Shown here: positions 51,261-63,825 of the stretch, in pieces
Position numbering within the stretch: the first letter of the stretch is position 1
Layout: each line of letters starts with the position of its first letter
Assembly (NCBI GenBank): GCA_038087875.1
Contig: CM075997.1
Span: forward strand, 2,606,001 to 2,670,000
DNA: 64,000 bases
Direction: 5' to 3'
Source: Malacoraja senta
Taxonomy: Eukaryota
Notes under the pieces: generated by a model
Told to the model about the DNA's origin: nothing
Seen by the model: only the letters and a program-made list of their open reading frames with translations
Databases searched by the model: none
Made by a program: the position numbers and the translations under genes

Positions 51261-52440
51261 TCTCTGCAGTGATGCTGCCTGAGTTACTCCCAGCAGTTTG
51301 TGTCTATCTTCGGTGCTAAGCAGCATCTGCAGTTCCTTCCTACACGATCGCCAGGGCCAGGAATTATGAAAGCATTGTTGACAGGAACATGCTCCCCACA
51401 CACAAACCACACAACAAGTCCGCACTGGATTTAATCTCTGCTACTGGTGACTAACCCCGGCAACTCCAGTAAACAGCAGGGCACGGCCCCACACACTAAC
51501 TGTGGATCATCTGGGACAGAGACCTAACTCCAGTATTAAGTAGGATACAACATGCTGGAGTAACTCAGCGGGACAGGCAGCATCTCTGGAGAGAAGGAAT
51601 GGGTGACGTTTCGGGTCGAGACCCTTCTTCAGATTGGAGAAACACACACAAACAACGGCCTGCAACCCACCCACCCTTAACTGAGCCACCCACAGCTGGA
51701 TGAGCTGCTGCCTCATAGCGCCTGAGACCTGGGTTCGATCCCGACCACAGTTGCTGTCTGGGTGTGTGGAGTTTGCACGTTCTCCCCCCCCCCCTCCCGT
51801 GATCGCGTGGGCTTCCTCCGGGTGCTCCGGGACTCGAGTGCCTGAGCTATCGGAGGAGGTTGATGCCTTGTAACATGACCTCCCAACCTCTATACCCACT
51901 CACATCCAACATTGCCCAGAGTAGGGGAATCGAGGACCAGAGGACATAGGTTTAAGATGAAGGGGAAAAGATTTAATAGGAATCTGAGGGGTAACTTTTT
52001 CACACAAAGGGGTGGTGGGGTGTATGGAACGAGCTGCCGGAGGAGGTAGTTGAGGCTGGGACTATCCCAATGTTTAAGAAGCAGTTAGACAGGTACATGG
52101 ATAGGACAGGTTTGGAGTGATATGGACCAAACGCAGGCAGGTGGGTTTAGTATAGCTGGGACATATTGGTCAGCGAGGGCATGTTGGACCTAACTACATC
52201 GAATGGCCTACTTTGACTCAATCTGGAAGTGTCCAATCTTCCCACGGAGCTTCCCGATCCTGGACGGCGATGTCGATGGGAAAGGTTCCCGGGATGTGGA
52301 CTGTAGCCGGGCCGCTCTTGTTGACCTGGAGATGGCTTCCTGCAGGAAATCCTCAATGTATTTGTCTTGGCCTCCGGGAGATGCTGAGTCGGCAGCGACG
52401 CTTCCGCCTGCAGCTCCGAGCTTGGCCAATTTCTCACAGG

Positions 52441-52834
52441 GCCGGCACGGTGGCGCAGCGGTAGAGTTGCTGCCTCACAGCGCAAAGGGACCCGGGTTCG
52501 ATCCGACTGCGGGTGCTGTCCGCACGGAGTTTGCACGTTCTCCCGTGACCTGCGTGGGTTTTCTCCCGGGCGCTCCGGTTTCCTCCCACACTCCAAAGAC
52601 GTACAGGTTTGTGGGATCATTGGCTTGGTATAAATGTAAGTTGTTCCTGGTGTGTGTAGGATAGCGTTAATAGACAATAGACAATAGGTGCAGGAGTAGG
52701 CCATTCGGCCCTTCGAGCCAGCACCGCCATTCAATGTGATCATGGCTGATCATCCCCAATTGGGGATCGCTGGTCGGTGTGGATTCTGTGGGCTGAAGGG
52801 CCTGTTTCCCTGCTGTATCTCTAAACTAAACTAA
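52441..52834 (+). mobile_element. SINE (HE1-like) interrupted by an antisense CR1 3' tail (52669-52760)
   Basis: The SINE resumes at GGGGATCGCTGGTCGG after the insert. Confidence 0.78.
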
Positions 52835-54051
52835 AGAACAGCTGAAGAGGGGGCAGTAGCAGGCCATTCAGCCCCTCGAGCTGGTGCTACCATCTGGTTC
52901 CTACAGATTCACAACTCTCTGAGTGAAAATGTTTTTCCTCATCTCAGTCCTAAATGGCCGACCCTTATTCTTGGATAAGGAGTGCCGCACCTGGAAACCC
53001 TGGCAACTCAAGAAGGCCAGGCAGCATCTCTGGAGAACATGGATAGCAAATGTTTCAGGTTTCGGCCGAAACGTTGCCTATTTCCTTCGCTCCATAGATG
53101 CTGCCTCACCCGCTGAGTTTCTCCAGCATTTTTGTCTACCTTCGATTTTCCAGCATCTGCAGTTCCTTCTTGAACAGGTTGGGACCCTTCTTCAGCCTGG
53201 AATGTCACCTATCCTTGTTTTCCAGGGATGCTGCCTGACCCGCTGAGTTACTCCAGCACTTTGTGGCTTTCCCTCTCCCCCCCCCCCCCCACCACAAATG
53301 TTGACTCCATCTACACTTCACACTGCCTGAGAACAATATTGTGTTCCCTTCCTACTCTACCCATTGTCCTCCTGTTAGGCTTGAGTGCATTTATGTATAG
53401 TATTTCCTGTTTCCGCGCTGTATCTCTACACTAAACTGAACAAACAAATGTACAACCCCCTGGCAAGCAGACAAAGCACAGGCATTGCAGAGATCTTTGT
53501 AAAATTCATCCATTTATTTACAAACGTGTTTTTATACATTAGAAATGTCCAAACTGTGGATGGTGTGAGGGACACCAGACCTGGTCAACTTTGCCAGTAC
53601 TGAATCGATGTATAACAGAGGTCAGAGGCTGGCTACCCGGGTGAAAGTGCTTTCCGTTGCGTTGTGAAGCACTGGTCCATGTTTCAGGCAGGTTGAACAG
53701 GACATTGACACGTGGAGGTGTACGTTTGCACGGAGCCGCCACTAGTTCACCGTTGACATCAGCTCCGCTCGAAGCTCTCGCGTACGCGGACGGTCAGTGT
53801 AGGATTGTCTCTGTATTTTGCCCGCGCCTCACTCACCGCAGAGCCACCGTTCAGGACAAGCCAGAGACTGGTGCAGCGCTGCTAGACGAGGGCGCGGGAG
53901 GGTGCGGACCAGGGGGCAGCTTCACAGACTCGTGTCGTGATCAGTGCTAATCCCAGTGAACAGCAGCGCAGGCGAAGGGCCGAAGCTCCTTCTCCTGGTC
54001 CGATGAATCAAACTAGTGGCCCCAGTCACTCCGTGAGGAAGACCCTCAAGT

Positions 54052-54545
54052 ACACACACATGTAGACACGCACATGCACACACGTGCATGCACACCCGCA
54101 TATGTTTGCACATGTACATGCATACACGCACGCTTGTATGCACATACATGAAAGGACACATGCATATGAAGTTACATGCACACACACGTGTGTATGCACA
54201 CACATAGCACTCACATGCATATTTATGCACATGCACAAACAAGCACATGCATGCATACACACGTACATGCACACATGCGTGTATGCCTGTGAATGTAAGC
54301 ATACACATGCACACACACAAATGCACATACATGCACACACGTGCACACACAAATGCACACACACAAATGCATACATGCAAACACACATGCACACACACAT
54401 GCACACACACACATGCACACACACATGCACACACACATGCACACACACAAATGCATACATGCAACACACATGCACACACACATGCACACACACATGCACA
54501 CACACATGCACACACACAAATGCACATACATGCACACACAAGCAC
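54052..54545. repeat. Degenerate (CA)n/CATG repeat
   Basis: CACACACATG-type units. Confidence 0.9.
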
Positions 54546-54942
54546 ACCAACGTCAAGTAACCAGCTCGCCGTTACATATAGTCTCAGATTATCCTCATTT
54601 CAAAATATTAAATCATGTCCACAGTGTTATAGTGCAATTCTAAAACATCACAAGAGATTTGCTCGGGTGAAGTGCGCGGCATCTAAGGGGGAAGGATCGC
54701 CATGGCAACGGCCAGCGCCGCCGTGTACGTGATAGCGGCTCCACGGGGGGGGGGGACACACACACACAATACCTTGGGGACCGAGCTGAGGACACAAGGC
54801 ACTCCACCCCCCCTGGGGAGGTGAACATAGGTGATTATGGAGGATGCCACAATAGTGGTCAGAGATTACATTTATTGATGGCCCATCCAGCAAGGCTATA
54901 TGGGGGAGCTGAGAAATAAAGGGATGATCACCTTGTTAGTTT

Positions 54943-55362
54943 AAGAAGGAACTGCAGATGCTGGAAAACCGAAGGTAGACAAAAATGCTGGAGAAACTCA
55001 GCGGGTGAGGCAGCATCTATGGAGCGAAGGGAATAGGCAACGTTTCGGGCCGAAACCCGGAAGGAAATAGGCAACGTTTCGGGCCGAAACCCGGAAGGAA
55101 ATAGGCAACGTTTCGGGCCGAAACCCGGAAGGAAATAGGCAATGTTTCGGCCGAAACCCGGAAGGAAATAGGCAACGTTTCGGGCCGAAACCCGGAAGGA
55201 AATAGGCAACGTTTCGGGCCGAAACCCGGAAGGAAATAGGCAATGTTTCGGGCCGAAACCCAGGAGGAAATAGGCAACGTTTCGGGCCGAAACGTTGCCT
55301 ATTTCCTTCGCTCCATAGATGCTGCCTCACCCGCTGAGTTTCTCCAGCATTTTTGTCTACCG
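54943..55362. mobile_element. Penelope-derived foldback element with internal 34-bp tandem array
   Basis: Inverted arms around about 7 copies of GGAAATAGGCAACGTTTCGGGCCGAAACCCGGAA (55029-55265); TGTTAGTTT on both flanks. Confidence 0.8.
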
Positions 55363-55596
55363 TGTTAGTTTGGTTTAGTTTAGAGATACAGCGTGGGAAA
55401 CAGGCCCTTCCACACCGACCAGCGATCCCCGCACACGAACACTTATTCTACGCACACTAGGGACAATTTACACTTACACCAAGCCCCTACACACTGGGGA
55501 CAATTTACAGAGGGGCCAATTAACCCACAGACCCGCACGCCTTTGGGATGTGGGAGGAAACCGGAGCACCCGGAGGAAGCCCCACGCGGTCACAGG

Positions 55597-56000
55597 CAGA
55601 GATCCTATAGCGGAGCAAGATGGACCACTCCTGCTAAATGGGCTGACGTGTAGAACGCAACGGAGCGCAACATGGGCCTTTCTTTCCATCCATTTCAGTA
55701 ACCCGGACCCGACCCGACCCGCAGTGTAATCAACGTTGCGGGGGAACAGTTTGTGTTAATAAATTATAATTCTGAAAATGAGGAGAAGATTTCTCCCAAA
55801 GAACTTTTATTTTTACGAGGATGTTTCCGTAACCGGCTTCCGTCTCCGCACTAGTATCTTTGCTCCGCTATGACGGGATCTTTGGTGCGGAGACGGAAGC
55901 CGGTTACGGAAATGGGGCCGAAAATTACCCATGAATCTGCCCATGACCATACTACGTATTTTTCGTCGAGTGGACTATCTTGCTCACTATAGGGTCTTTG
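55597..56000. mobile_element. 404-bp MITE with approximately 30-bp TIRs and an 8-bp TSD (P-superfamily-like CANRG ends), inserted in a SINE
   Basis: CAGAGATCCTATAGCGGAGCAAGATGGACCACT ... AGTGGACTATCTTGCTCACTATAGGGTCTTTG; flanks GTCACAGG and GTCACAGA. Confidence 0.72.
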
Positions 56001-56462
56001 GTCACAGACAGAACGTACAAACTCCACACACACACACAGACACATACAGACAGACAGACAGACAACACCCCAGGGGAGGATCGAACCACCCAGACCCACG
56101 GGCAGGCTGCAAACATCAACCATTTTAAATACAGCTCTCGATTTATAAATTATACGAATCTCTGCAAGTTAAAAAAATATGAAGAAGACTAGGCGTAGCC
56201 TACAGCTGTGCTCCCGAGCTGGCGATCTGTGTGGGGCTAAAACTGTACAGGTGGGAGTTGGAGTGTTCGGAGACTCTTAAGGTAGTGGTCTTTCCCCCCC
56301 ACGCCCAACAAGATGGGGGGAAGAGGGGGCTCCAGTTTGGCACAGTTGGTCACCATGCACCGAGTTACGCCCTTGCCAGTCACCCGTCGGTTGGCCGGCC
56401 CATCTCTGGCTGGAGACGCGGCCAGGCCAGCACTCTGGGCCCTGGTCCTGTCACGTCGACCT

Positions 56463-56621
56463 TCAGCTGCACTTGCATGCCTTCACCACCATGTTGGACA
56501 GCTGCTCCACTTTGGCCTGTCGCCCCACGTAGTACAGGATGGTCAGTGGCTCCAGCAGCTGCGGCACACAGCATGGTGACGCCGAGGCACCAGGGTTGTG
56601 CATGTTGTACAAACCCAACAC
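56463..56621 (-). CDS. TGFB1: TGF-beta1-like last coding exon
   Basis: [52 protein letters not shown] then TGA; ggcAG acceptor. Confidence 0.95.
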   Translation of the reverse strand: MLGLYNMHNPGASASPCCVPQLLEPLTILYYVGRQAKVEQLSNMVVKACKCS

Positions 56622-59600
56622 CTGCCGTGGAAAGGACAGAGGGGCAGAGCCTGTTAGTGTTACCGCTGCACGAGGAGCAGGAGTTTAATATCTACATGTG
56701 TTCATATCTATGTGGTTAATATCTACATGTGTTCATATCTGCATTTGTTCATATCTGCATGTGTCCATATCTACATGTCTTCGTATCTGCATGTGTTCAT
56801 ATCTATGTATTTAATATCTACATGTGTTCATATCTGCACGTGTCCATATCTACATGTGTTCATATCTGCATGTCCATATCTACATGTGTTCATATCTACA
56901 TGTGTTCATATCTACATGTGTTCATATCTGCATGTCCATATCTACATGTGTTCATATCTACATGTGTTCATATCTACATGGGTTCATATCTACATGTGTT
57001 CATATCTATGTATTTAATATCTACATGTCCATATCTACATGTGTTCATATCTGCATGTGTCCATATCTACATGTGTTCATATCTGCATGTGTTCATATCT
57101 ATGTATTTAATATCTACATGTGTTCATATCTATATGTGTCCATATCTACATGTGTTCATATCTACATGTTCATATCTACATGTGTTCATATCTATGTATT
57201 TAATATCTACATGTGTCCATATCTACATGTGTTCATATCTGCATGTCCATATCTACATGTGTTCATATCTACATGTGTTCATATCTACTTGTGTTCATAT
57301 CTATGTATTTAATATCTACATGTGTCCATATCTACATGTGTTCATATCTGCATGTCCATATCTACATGTGTTCATATCTACATGTGTTCATATCTACTTG
57401 TGTTCACATCTATGTATTTAATATCTACATGTGTTCATATCTACGTGTCCATATCTACATGTGTTCATATCTACATGTGTTCATATCTACATGTGTTCAT
57501 ATCTATGTATTTAATATCTACATGTGTCCATATCTACATGTGTTCATATCTGCATGTCCATATCTACATGTGTTCATATCTACATGTGTTCATATCTACT
57601 TGTGTTCATATCTATGTATTTAATATCTACATGTGTCCATATCTACATGTGTTCATATCTGCATGTCCATATCTACATGTGTTCATATCTACATGTGTTC
57701 ATATCTACTTGTGTTCATATCTATGTATTTAATATCTACATGTGTCCATATCTACATGTGTTATTATCTGCATGTGTCCATATCTACATGTGTTCATATC
57801 TGCATCCATATCTACATGCGTTCATATCTACATGGGTTCATATCGACATGTGTTCATATCTGCATGTGTTTAATATCTACATGATTAATATCTACGTGTT
57901 CATATCTGCATGTGTTCATATCTGCATGTGTTCATATCTGCATGTGTTCATATCTGCATGTGTTCATATCTGCATGTGTTCATATCTGCATGTGTTCATA
58001 TCTGCATGTGTTCATATCTGCATGTGTTCATATCTGCATGTGTTCATATCTGCATGTGTTCATATCTCCATGAGTTTAATAGATGACCATATGACATGGG
58101 AGCAGAATTAGGCCATTCGGCCCCGAGTTTGCTCTTCCATTCTATTTTTCTCACTCAACCCGATTGTTTGATTGAAAGATACAGCAGGGCCCTTCGGCCC
58201 ACCGAGTCCGCTCAATCAACCATCACCCGTCCACACTAGTTCTATGCTATCCCACTTTCACATCCACTCCCTACACGCTAGGGGGCAATTTGCAGAGGGC
58301 CAATTAACCTGCAAACCCGCACGTCTTTAGGCTGTGGGAGGAAACCGGAGGAATCCCACAAGATCACAGGGAGAACGCGCAAACTCCACACAGACAGCGC
58401 CCGTGGTCAGGATCGAACCCTGGCCTCGGGTGCTGTACGGCAGCAACTCCACCTGCTGCGCCACCCTAATCTAACCCGTATCTCATCTTTGCTGTCCCGG
58501 CCCGAATTCTAGAAAGGGTGCAGAAATGACAACATCTCAGGAAATGGTTTCATGAGTGATAGGAGCAGAATGAGGCCATTCGGCCCATCAAGCCTACTCC
58601 GCCATTCAATCAGGGCTGATCTATCTCTCCATCCTAACCCCATTCTCCGAATCTATCTATCTCTGCATTACAAATATCCACTGACTTGGCCTCCACAACC
58701 TTCTGTGGCAAAGAATTCCACAGATTCCCCACCCACTGACTAAAGAAATTCCTCCTCAACTCCTTCCTAAAGGAACGTCCTTTAATTCAGAGACTATGAC
58801 CTCTAGTCCTAGACTCTCCAACTAGTGGAAACATCCTTTCCACATCCGCTCTATCCAAACCTTTCACTATTCACTATTGGAACCATGTACAGACTTCCAA
58901 CTGGCTGGTTAACACTAGACTCTCCTACTGGTGGAAGGGTAATGGTCCCACATCGGATGGACAGTTAGCGACACAACTGCATCTTACCACAGCGTGCTGA
59001 GTGTCTGTACTCCAGATGTATGGACAGGGTCCCATGCAGAAGTTGGCGTGATATCCTTTGGGTTCGTGAATCCACTTCCAGCCCAGGTCGTTGCGGAAGT
59101 TGATGTACAAGGGCTGAACGCAGCACGCCTGCTCCTCGGAGGACCTGTCGGAATGGAGAGTATTAATCCAGGCGGGCTCACCAGAGCCCGCTTCTCCACG
59201 CAGGCCGCAACCTTGAGCTCGACAGATCGTTAACGGTGGCGCAGCGGTAGAGTTACTGCCTCACAGCGCCAGAGGCCCGGGTTCGATCCTGACTGCGGGT
59301 GCTTGTCTGTACGGAGTTTGTACATTCTCCCTGTGACCACGTGGGTTTTCTCTGGGTGCTCTGGTTTCCTGCCACAGCGCCGGAGACTCGGGTTCAATCT
59401 TAACTACGGATGCTGCCTATATGGAGTTTGTACGTTCTCCCTGTGACCCCATGGGTTTTCTCTGGGTGCTCTGGCTGCCTCCCACAGCGCCAGAGACCCG
59501 CTTCCAATTTTAATTGCAGGTGCTGCCTGTAAGGAGTTTGCACGTTCTCCCTGTGACCACGTGGGTTTCCTCCGGGTGCTTCGGTTTCCTCCCACATCCT

Positions 59601-62600
59601 AAGACGTGCAGCTGTGTAGCTAATTGGCCCTCTGTAAATTGTCTCTAGTGTGTTGGGTGCGACTAGTGCACGAGATCGCTGGTCGGCGCGGATGCACGTG
59701 ATGGTAAACTGAAAGTAGACACAAAATGCTGGAGTAACTCATAGAAACATAGAAAATAGATGCAGGAGGAGGCCATTCGGCCCTTCGAGCCAGCACCGCC
59801 ATTCATTGTGATCATGGCTGATCGTCCCCCATCAATAACCCGTGCCTGCCTTCTCCCCATATCCTTTGATTCCACTAGCCCCTAGAGCTCTATCTAACTC
59901 TCTCCAGTGACTTGGCCTCCACTGCCCTCTGTGGCAGGGAATTCCACAAATTCACAACTCTCTGGGTGAAAACGTTTTTTCTCACCTCAGTCTTAAATGG
60001 CCTCCCCTTTATTCTAAGACTGTGGCCCCTGGTTCTGGACTCGCCCAACATTGGGAACATTTTCCCTGCATCTAGCTTGTCCAGTCCTTTTATAATTTTA
60101 TATGTTTCTCTAAGATCCCCCCTCATCCTTCTAAACTCCAGTGAATACAAGCCCAGTCTTTTCAATCTTTCCTCATCTGACAGTCCCGCCATCCCAGGGA
60201 TCAATCTCGTGAATCTACGCTGCACTGCCTCAACACAACTCAGCGGGTGAGGCAGCATCTCCGGAGAGAAGGGATGGGTGGCGTTTCGGCTCGAGACCCT
60301 TCTCCAAACTGAACTGAGCCAACTCACTGGGCTAAGCAGGATCCCTCGCTGATGTCCCGTTTCCTACGACTATGCATCTGGGCTCTGGCAGATGGGGTGG
60401 ACATGATGAGAATGTGCGGCCACTTCGGACTCCTCGCGGAGAGAGGACCCATGTCCCCCCGCGCTTTCCCTGTGGGCCAAGCAGAAGCAGGTAAAGAGGG
60501 CTGATATATTTTTATTAGAAGCATGTATACAAATAATAATAAGCGACAATTTAATTACAGATTTCTTACATAGCATCAATTTTTAATTGTTTTTTAAAGA
60601 ATAAAGATAAAGAGAGAAAAGATAAGAGAAACGATAAGAGAAGAGCCAGATGCAGGAAGATTGTTCCCGATGTTGGGGAAGTCCAGAACAAGGGGTCACA
60701 GTTTAAGGATAAGGGGGAAGTCTTTTAGGACCGAGATGAGGAAAACATTTTTTCACACAGAGAGTGGTGAATCTGTGGAATTTTCAGCCACAGAAGGTAG
60801 TTGAGGCCAGTTCATTGGCTATATTTAAGAGGGAGTTAGATGTGGCCCTTGTGGCTAAAGGGATCAGGGGGTATGGAGAAAAGGCAGGTACGGGATACTG
60901 AGTTGGATGATCAGCCGTGATCATATTGAATGGCGGTGCAGGCTCGAAGGGCCGAATGGCCTACTCCTGCACCTATTGTCTATGTTTCTATGTTTCTATC
61001 TAAACTATAAACTAATAGAGAGAAAAAGAAGACGAAAGAAGAAATGACAAATAACAAGATTGTGGAGATAGATCCAGGAGATATTAAGTATAATTACTCA
61101 TCCAATCCCAAACTCAAGTTTCAACCCGGATTTTGAGTTGGACCAATTTACTTTTTTAAGAATTCAATAAATGGAGACTATATTCTAACAAAGAGGGCTG
61201 CGATTTTACCTAGGGGTGCCGAGTAGATCAAATACAACAAGTTGACCTACAACTGTAGGCTGTGCACGCCATACGCAAGAAGAAAAAGAGTTTTAACATA
61301 CAGGATAACAGATACCTGGAGAAAAATAAATACAGCCTAAAATCTAATTCAGGGGGCCTATCTATAGAATAACATATCTCCAGGTGTGTGAGGAAGAACT
61401 GCAGATGCTGGTTTAAATCAAAGGTAGACACAAAATGCTGGAGTAACTCAGCGGGTGAGACAGCATCTCTGGAGAAAAGGAATGGGCAAAGATTCGGGTT
61501 GAGTAGGGGGGGAGGGGGAGGGGGACCATTCCTTTTCCCCAGAGATGCTGCCTCACCCGCTCAGTTACTCCAACATATCTCCGGGAATAAGTTACTGGCT
61601 ATTATCTGATTATCTGATACAATTTGAGGAAGGACATTCTTGCTATTGAGGGAGTGCAGAGTAGGTTTACAAGGTTAATTCCCGGGATGGCGGGACTGTC
61701 ATATGCTGAGAGAATGGAGCGGCTGGGCTTGTACACTCTGGAGTTTAGAAGGACGAGAGGGGATCTTATTGAAACATATAAGATTGTTAAGGGTTTGGAC
61801 ACGCTAGAGGCAGGAAACATGTTCCCGATGTTGGGGGGGTCCAGAACCAGGGGCCACAGTTTAAGAATAAGGGGTAAGCCATTTAGAACGGAGACGAGGA
61901 AACACTTTTTCTCACAGAGAGTGGTGAGTCTGTGGAATGCTCTGCCTCAGAGGGCGGTGGAGGCCGGTTCTCTGGATACTTTCAAGAGAGAGCTAGATAG
62001 GGCTCTTAAAGATAGCGGAGTCAGGGGATATGGGGAGAAGGCAGGAACGGGGTACTGATTGTGGATGATCAGCCATGATCACATTGAATGGCGGTGCTGG
62101 CTTGAAGGGCCGAATGGCCTACTCCTGCACCTATTGTCTATTGTCTATCTAATCTAGGGGTTCAAGAGATTTAGATACAGATACCTAAAAGTGATACAAG
62201 CTAGTATCTAACCCAAAGATTCAGAGGGGTTATTAATGGCAGATATCTGGAAAGAGCTGTAATCTAATCTACCTTCTCTGCAACTTAAAACTCCTTTATC
62301 TCCCCTTCCGAGTTCCGTCGAAGGACTTTCGACCGGACGTGTTAACTCTCGTCTCTCTTTCCGCAGATGCTGCCTGACCCGCCGGGTATTTCCAGCGCTT
62401 TTCCAGTTTTTGTTTCAGATTTCCAGCATCTGCGGGCTCTTTTTACAATCTTGCCCTCGCCCCTGTATTGAGTGGACAGTGGGTATATTTCCCCCCCGTT
62501 GGAGGAAGAGACTACGAGGAGGACAAGATGGCCTTTTAATTCAGGAACAAAGATGGTATAATTACCGAAAAACCGTAGCTGAAGGTTGTTTCTGTCTTTG

Positions 62601-62655
62601 GGAACATTGGCATCACAGGGGCAGTGAACGGTGATCTTCAGCTGTTGCTCGCCAA
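56463..62655 (-). CDS. TGFB1: Transforming growth factor beta-1-like precursor, last four exons (62655-62566, 60469-60328, 59144-58988, 56621-56463); 5' exons lie beyond the window
   Basis: GT-AG introns with consistent phases (1,2,0). The translation includes LAP HCPC, RGD, RRKR and the mature domain [114 protein letters not shown], with 9 Cys. YHANFC, PYIWS and HNPG favour the beta1 lineage. Confidence 0.85.
56684..58072. repeat. Minisatellite of about 1.4 kb, unit about 16 bp (CATATCTACATGTGTT), with higher-order structure
   Basis: Directly visible tandem array in the last TGFB1 intron. Confidence 0.95.
58550..58875 (-). mobile_element. CR1-type LINE 3' fragment
   Basis: Same subfamily as 30745-31245. 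Confidence 0.75.
58988..59144 (-). CDS. TGFB1: TGF-beta1-like mature-domain exon
   Basis: [39 protein letters not shown]; gacAG acceptor, GTG/GTAAG donor. Confidence 0.95.
59233..59695 (+). mobile_element. SINE (HE1-like) with its approximately 110-bp B-box segment present three times in tandem
   Basis: CACAGCGCC(A/G)GAG...GGAGTTTG...TTCTCCCTGTGACC...GGGTGCT recurs at about 59262, 59373 and 59483. Confidence 0.75.
59740..60232 (-). mobile_element. CR1-type LINE 3' fragment
   Basis: ORF 59890-60327 reads [32 protein letters not shown]...LWNSLP. Confidence 0.85.
60328..60469 (-). CDS. TGFB1: TGF-beta1-like exon with RGD and furin site
   Basis: [48 protein letters not shown]; cacAG acceptor, CA/GTGAG donor. 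Confidence 0.9.
60648..61000 (+). mobile_element. CR1-type LINE 3' fragment
   Basis: Near-identical to 44137-44485. Confidence 0.85.
61620..62148 (+). mobile_element. CR1-type LINE 3' fragment
   Basis: ORF 61624-62058 encodes the ORF2 C-terminus; (ATTGTCT)n tail. Confidence 0.88.
62566..62655 (-). CDS. TGFB1: TGF-beta1-like LAP exon with bowtie cysteines (HCPC)
   Basis: cacAG acceptor; [29 protein letters not shown]; donor G/GTAAT; 90 nt, phase 1-1. Confidence 0.8.
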
Positions 62656-63167
62656 CTGTGAGGAAACAAACCATGAGAAAATGGCGGTGCGGCACGGTGG
62701 CGAAGCGGTAGAGACCTGGGTTCGATCCTGACTACGGGTGTTTATCAGTCCGTTCTCCCTCCGTGAGGTCCTCCGAGATCTTCGTTTTCATCCCACACTC
62801 CAAAGAAGTGCAGGTGTGTAGGTTCATTGTCTTGCTAAAAAATGTAAGCGTGTGTAGGGTAGTGACAATGTGCGGGGCTCGCTGGTCGGTGCCGATATGG
62901 TGGGCTGAAGGGGCCTATTCCCGTGCTGTATCTCTACACTAAAACATAGAAAATAGGTGCAGGAGTAGGCCATTCGGCCCATTCGAGCCAAAAAGTCTAG
63001 TTCTTCCAAGGAAGATTCAACCTGACTCACTAACATACTGCTCCCAACTTCATAGTCCTCACCCAATGTCAAGACATTGGGCAGCTTACAACCCAGCGGT
63101 ATGAATATTGATTTATCCATCTTCAAGTGACTCTTGATTCCCCTCTCTCTCAGTCCCTCCCCCACAT

Positions 63168-63825
63168 TAGTTTTAGTTTAAAGTTACAGCGCGGAAACAG
63201 GCCCTTCAGCCCACCGAGTCCGCGCCAACCACCGATCCCCGCACATTAACACCACCCTACACACACTAGGGACAATTTCACATTTACCAAGCCAATTAAC
63301 CAGAATCTGATAATTCCAGAACAAGGGGTCACAGTTTAAGGATAAAGGGGAAGTCTTTTAGGACTGAGATGAGAAAAACATTTTTTACACAGAGAGTGGT
63401 GAATCTCCGAGTCCTCTGGAATTCTCTGCCACCCTCCAGTCCTCTGGAATTCTCTGCCACAGAATGTAGTTGAGGCCAGTTCATTGGCTATATTTAAGAG
63501 GGAGTTAGATGTGGCCCTTGTGGCTAAAGGGATCAGGGGGTATGGAGAGTAGGCAGGTACAGGATACTGAGTTGGATGATCAGCCATGATCATATTGAAT
63601 GGCGGTGCAGGCTCGAAGGGCCGAATGGCCTACTCCTGCACCTATTTACTATGTTTCTAACCTACAAACCTGTACGCCTTTGGAGTGTGGGAGGAAACCG
63701 AAGATCTTGGAGAAAGCCCACTCATGTCACGGGGAGAACGTACAAACACCGTACAGACAGCACCCGTAGTCAGGATTGATCCCGGGTCTCTGGCGCTGTG
63801 AGGCAGCAACTTTACCGCTGCGCTA
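63168..63825 (-). mobile_element. SINE (HE1-like) interrupted by a CR1 3' fragment (+, about 63315-63658)
   Basis: SINE tail half and head half flank the CR1 sequence; TAACC occurs at both junctions. Confidence 0.78.

Noticed and set aside
52203..52440. GC-rich segment open in several frames
   Set aside because: No recognisable protein motif or convincing splice-site pair.
53513..53518. Candidate TGFB1 poly(A) signal (AATAAA on -; alternatives at 54871 and 55806)
   Set aside because: Several equally plausible hexamers exist, and transcript data are needed. The same applies to the ADAD2-like ATTAAA at 38072 and AATAAA at 38428.
55029..55306. CRISPR-like array
   Set aside because: The units are contiguous with no unique spacers, the context is vertebrate, and the unit derives from a Penelope terminal repeat.
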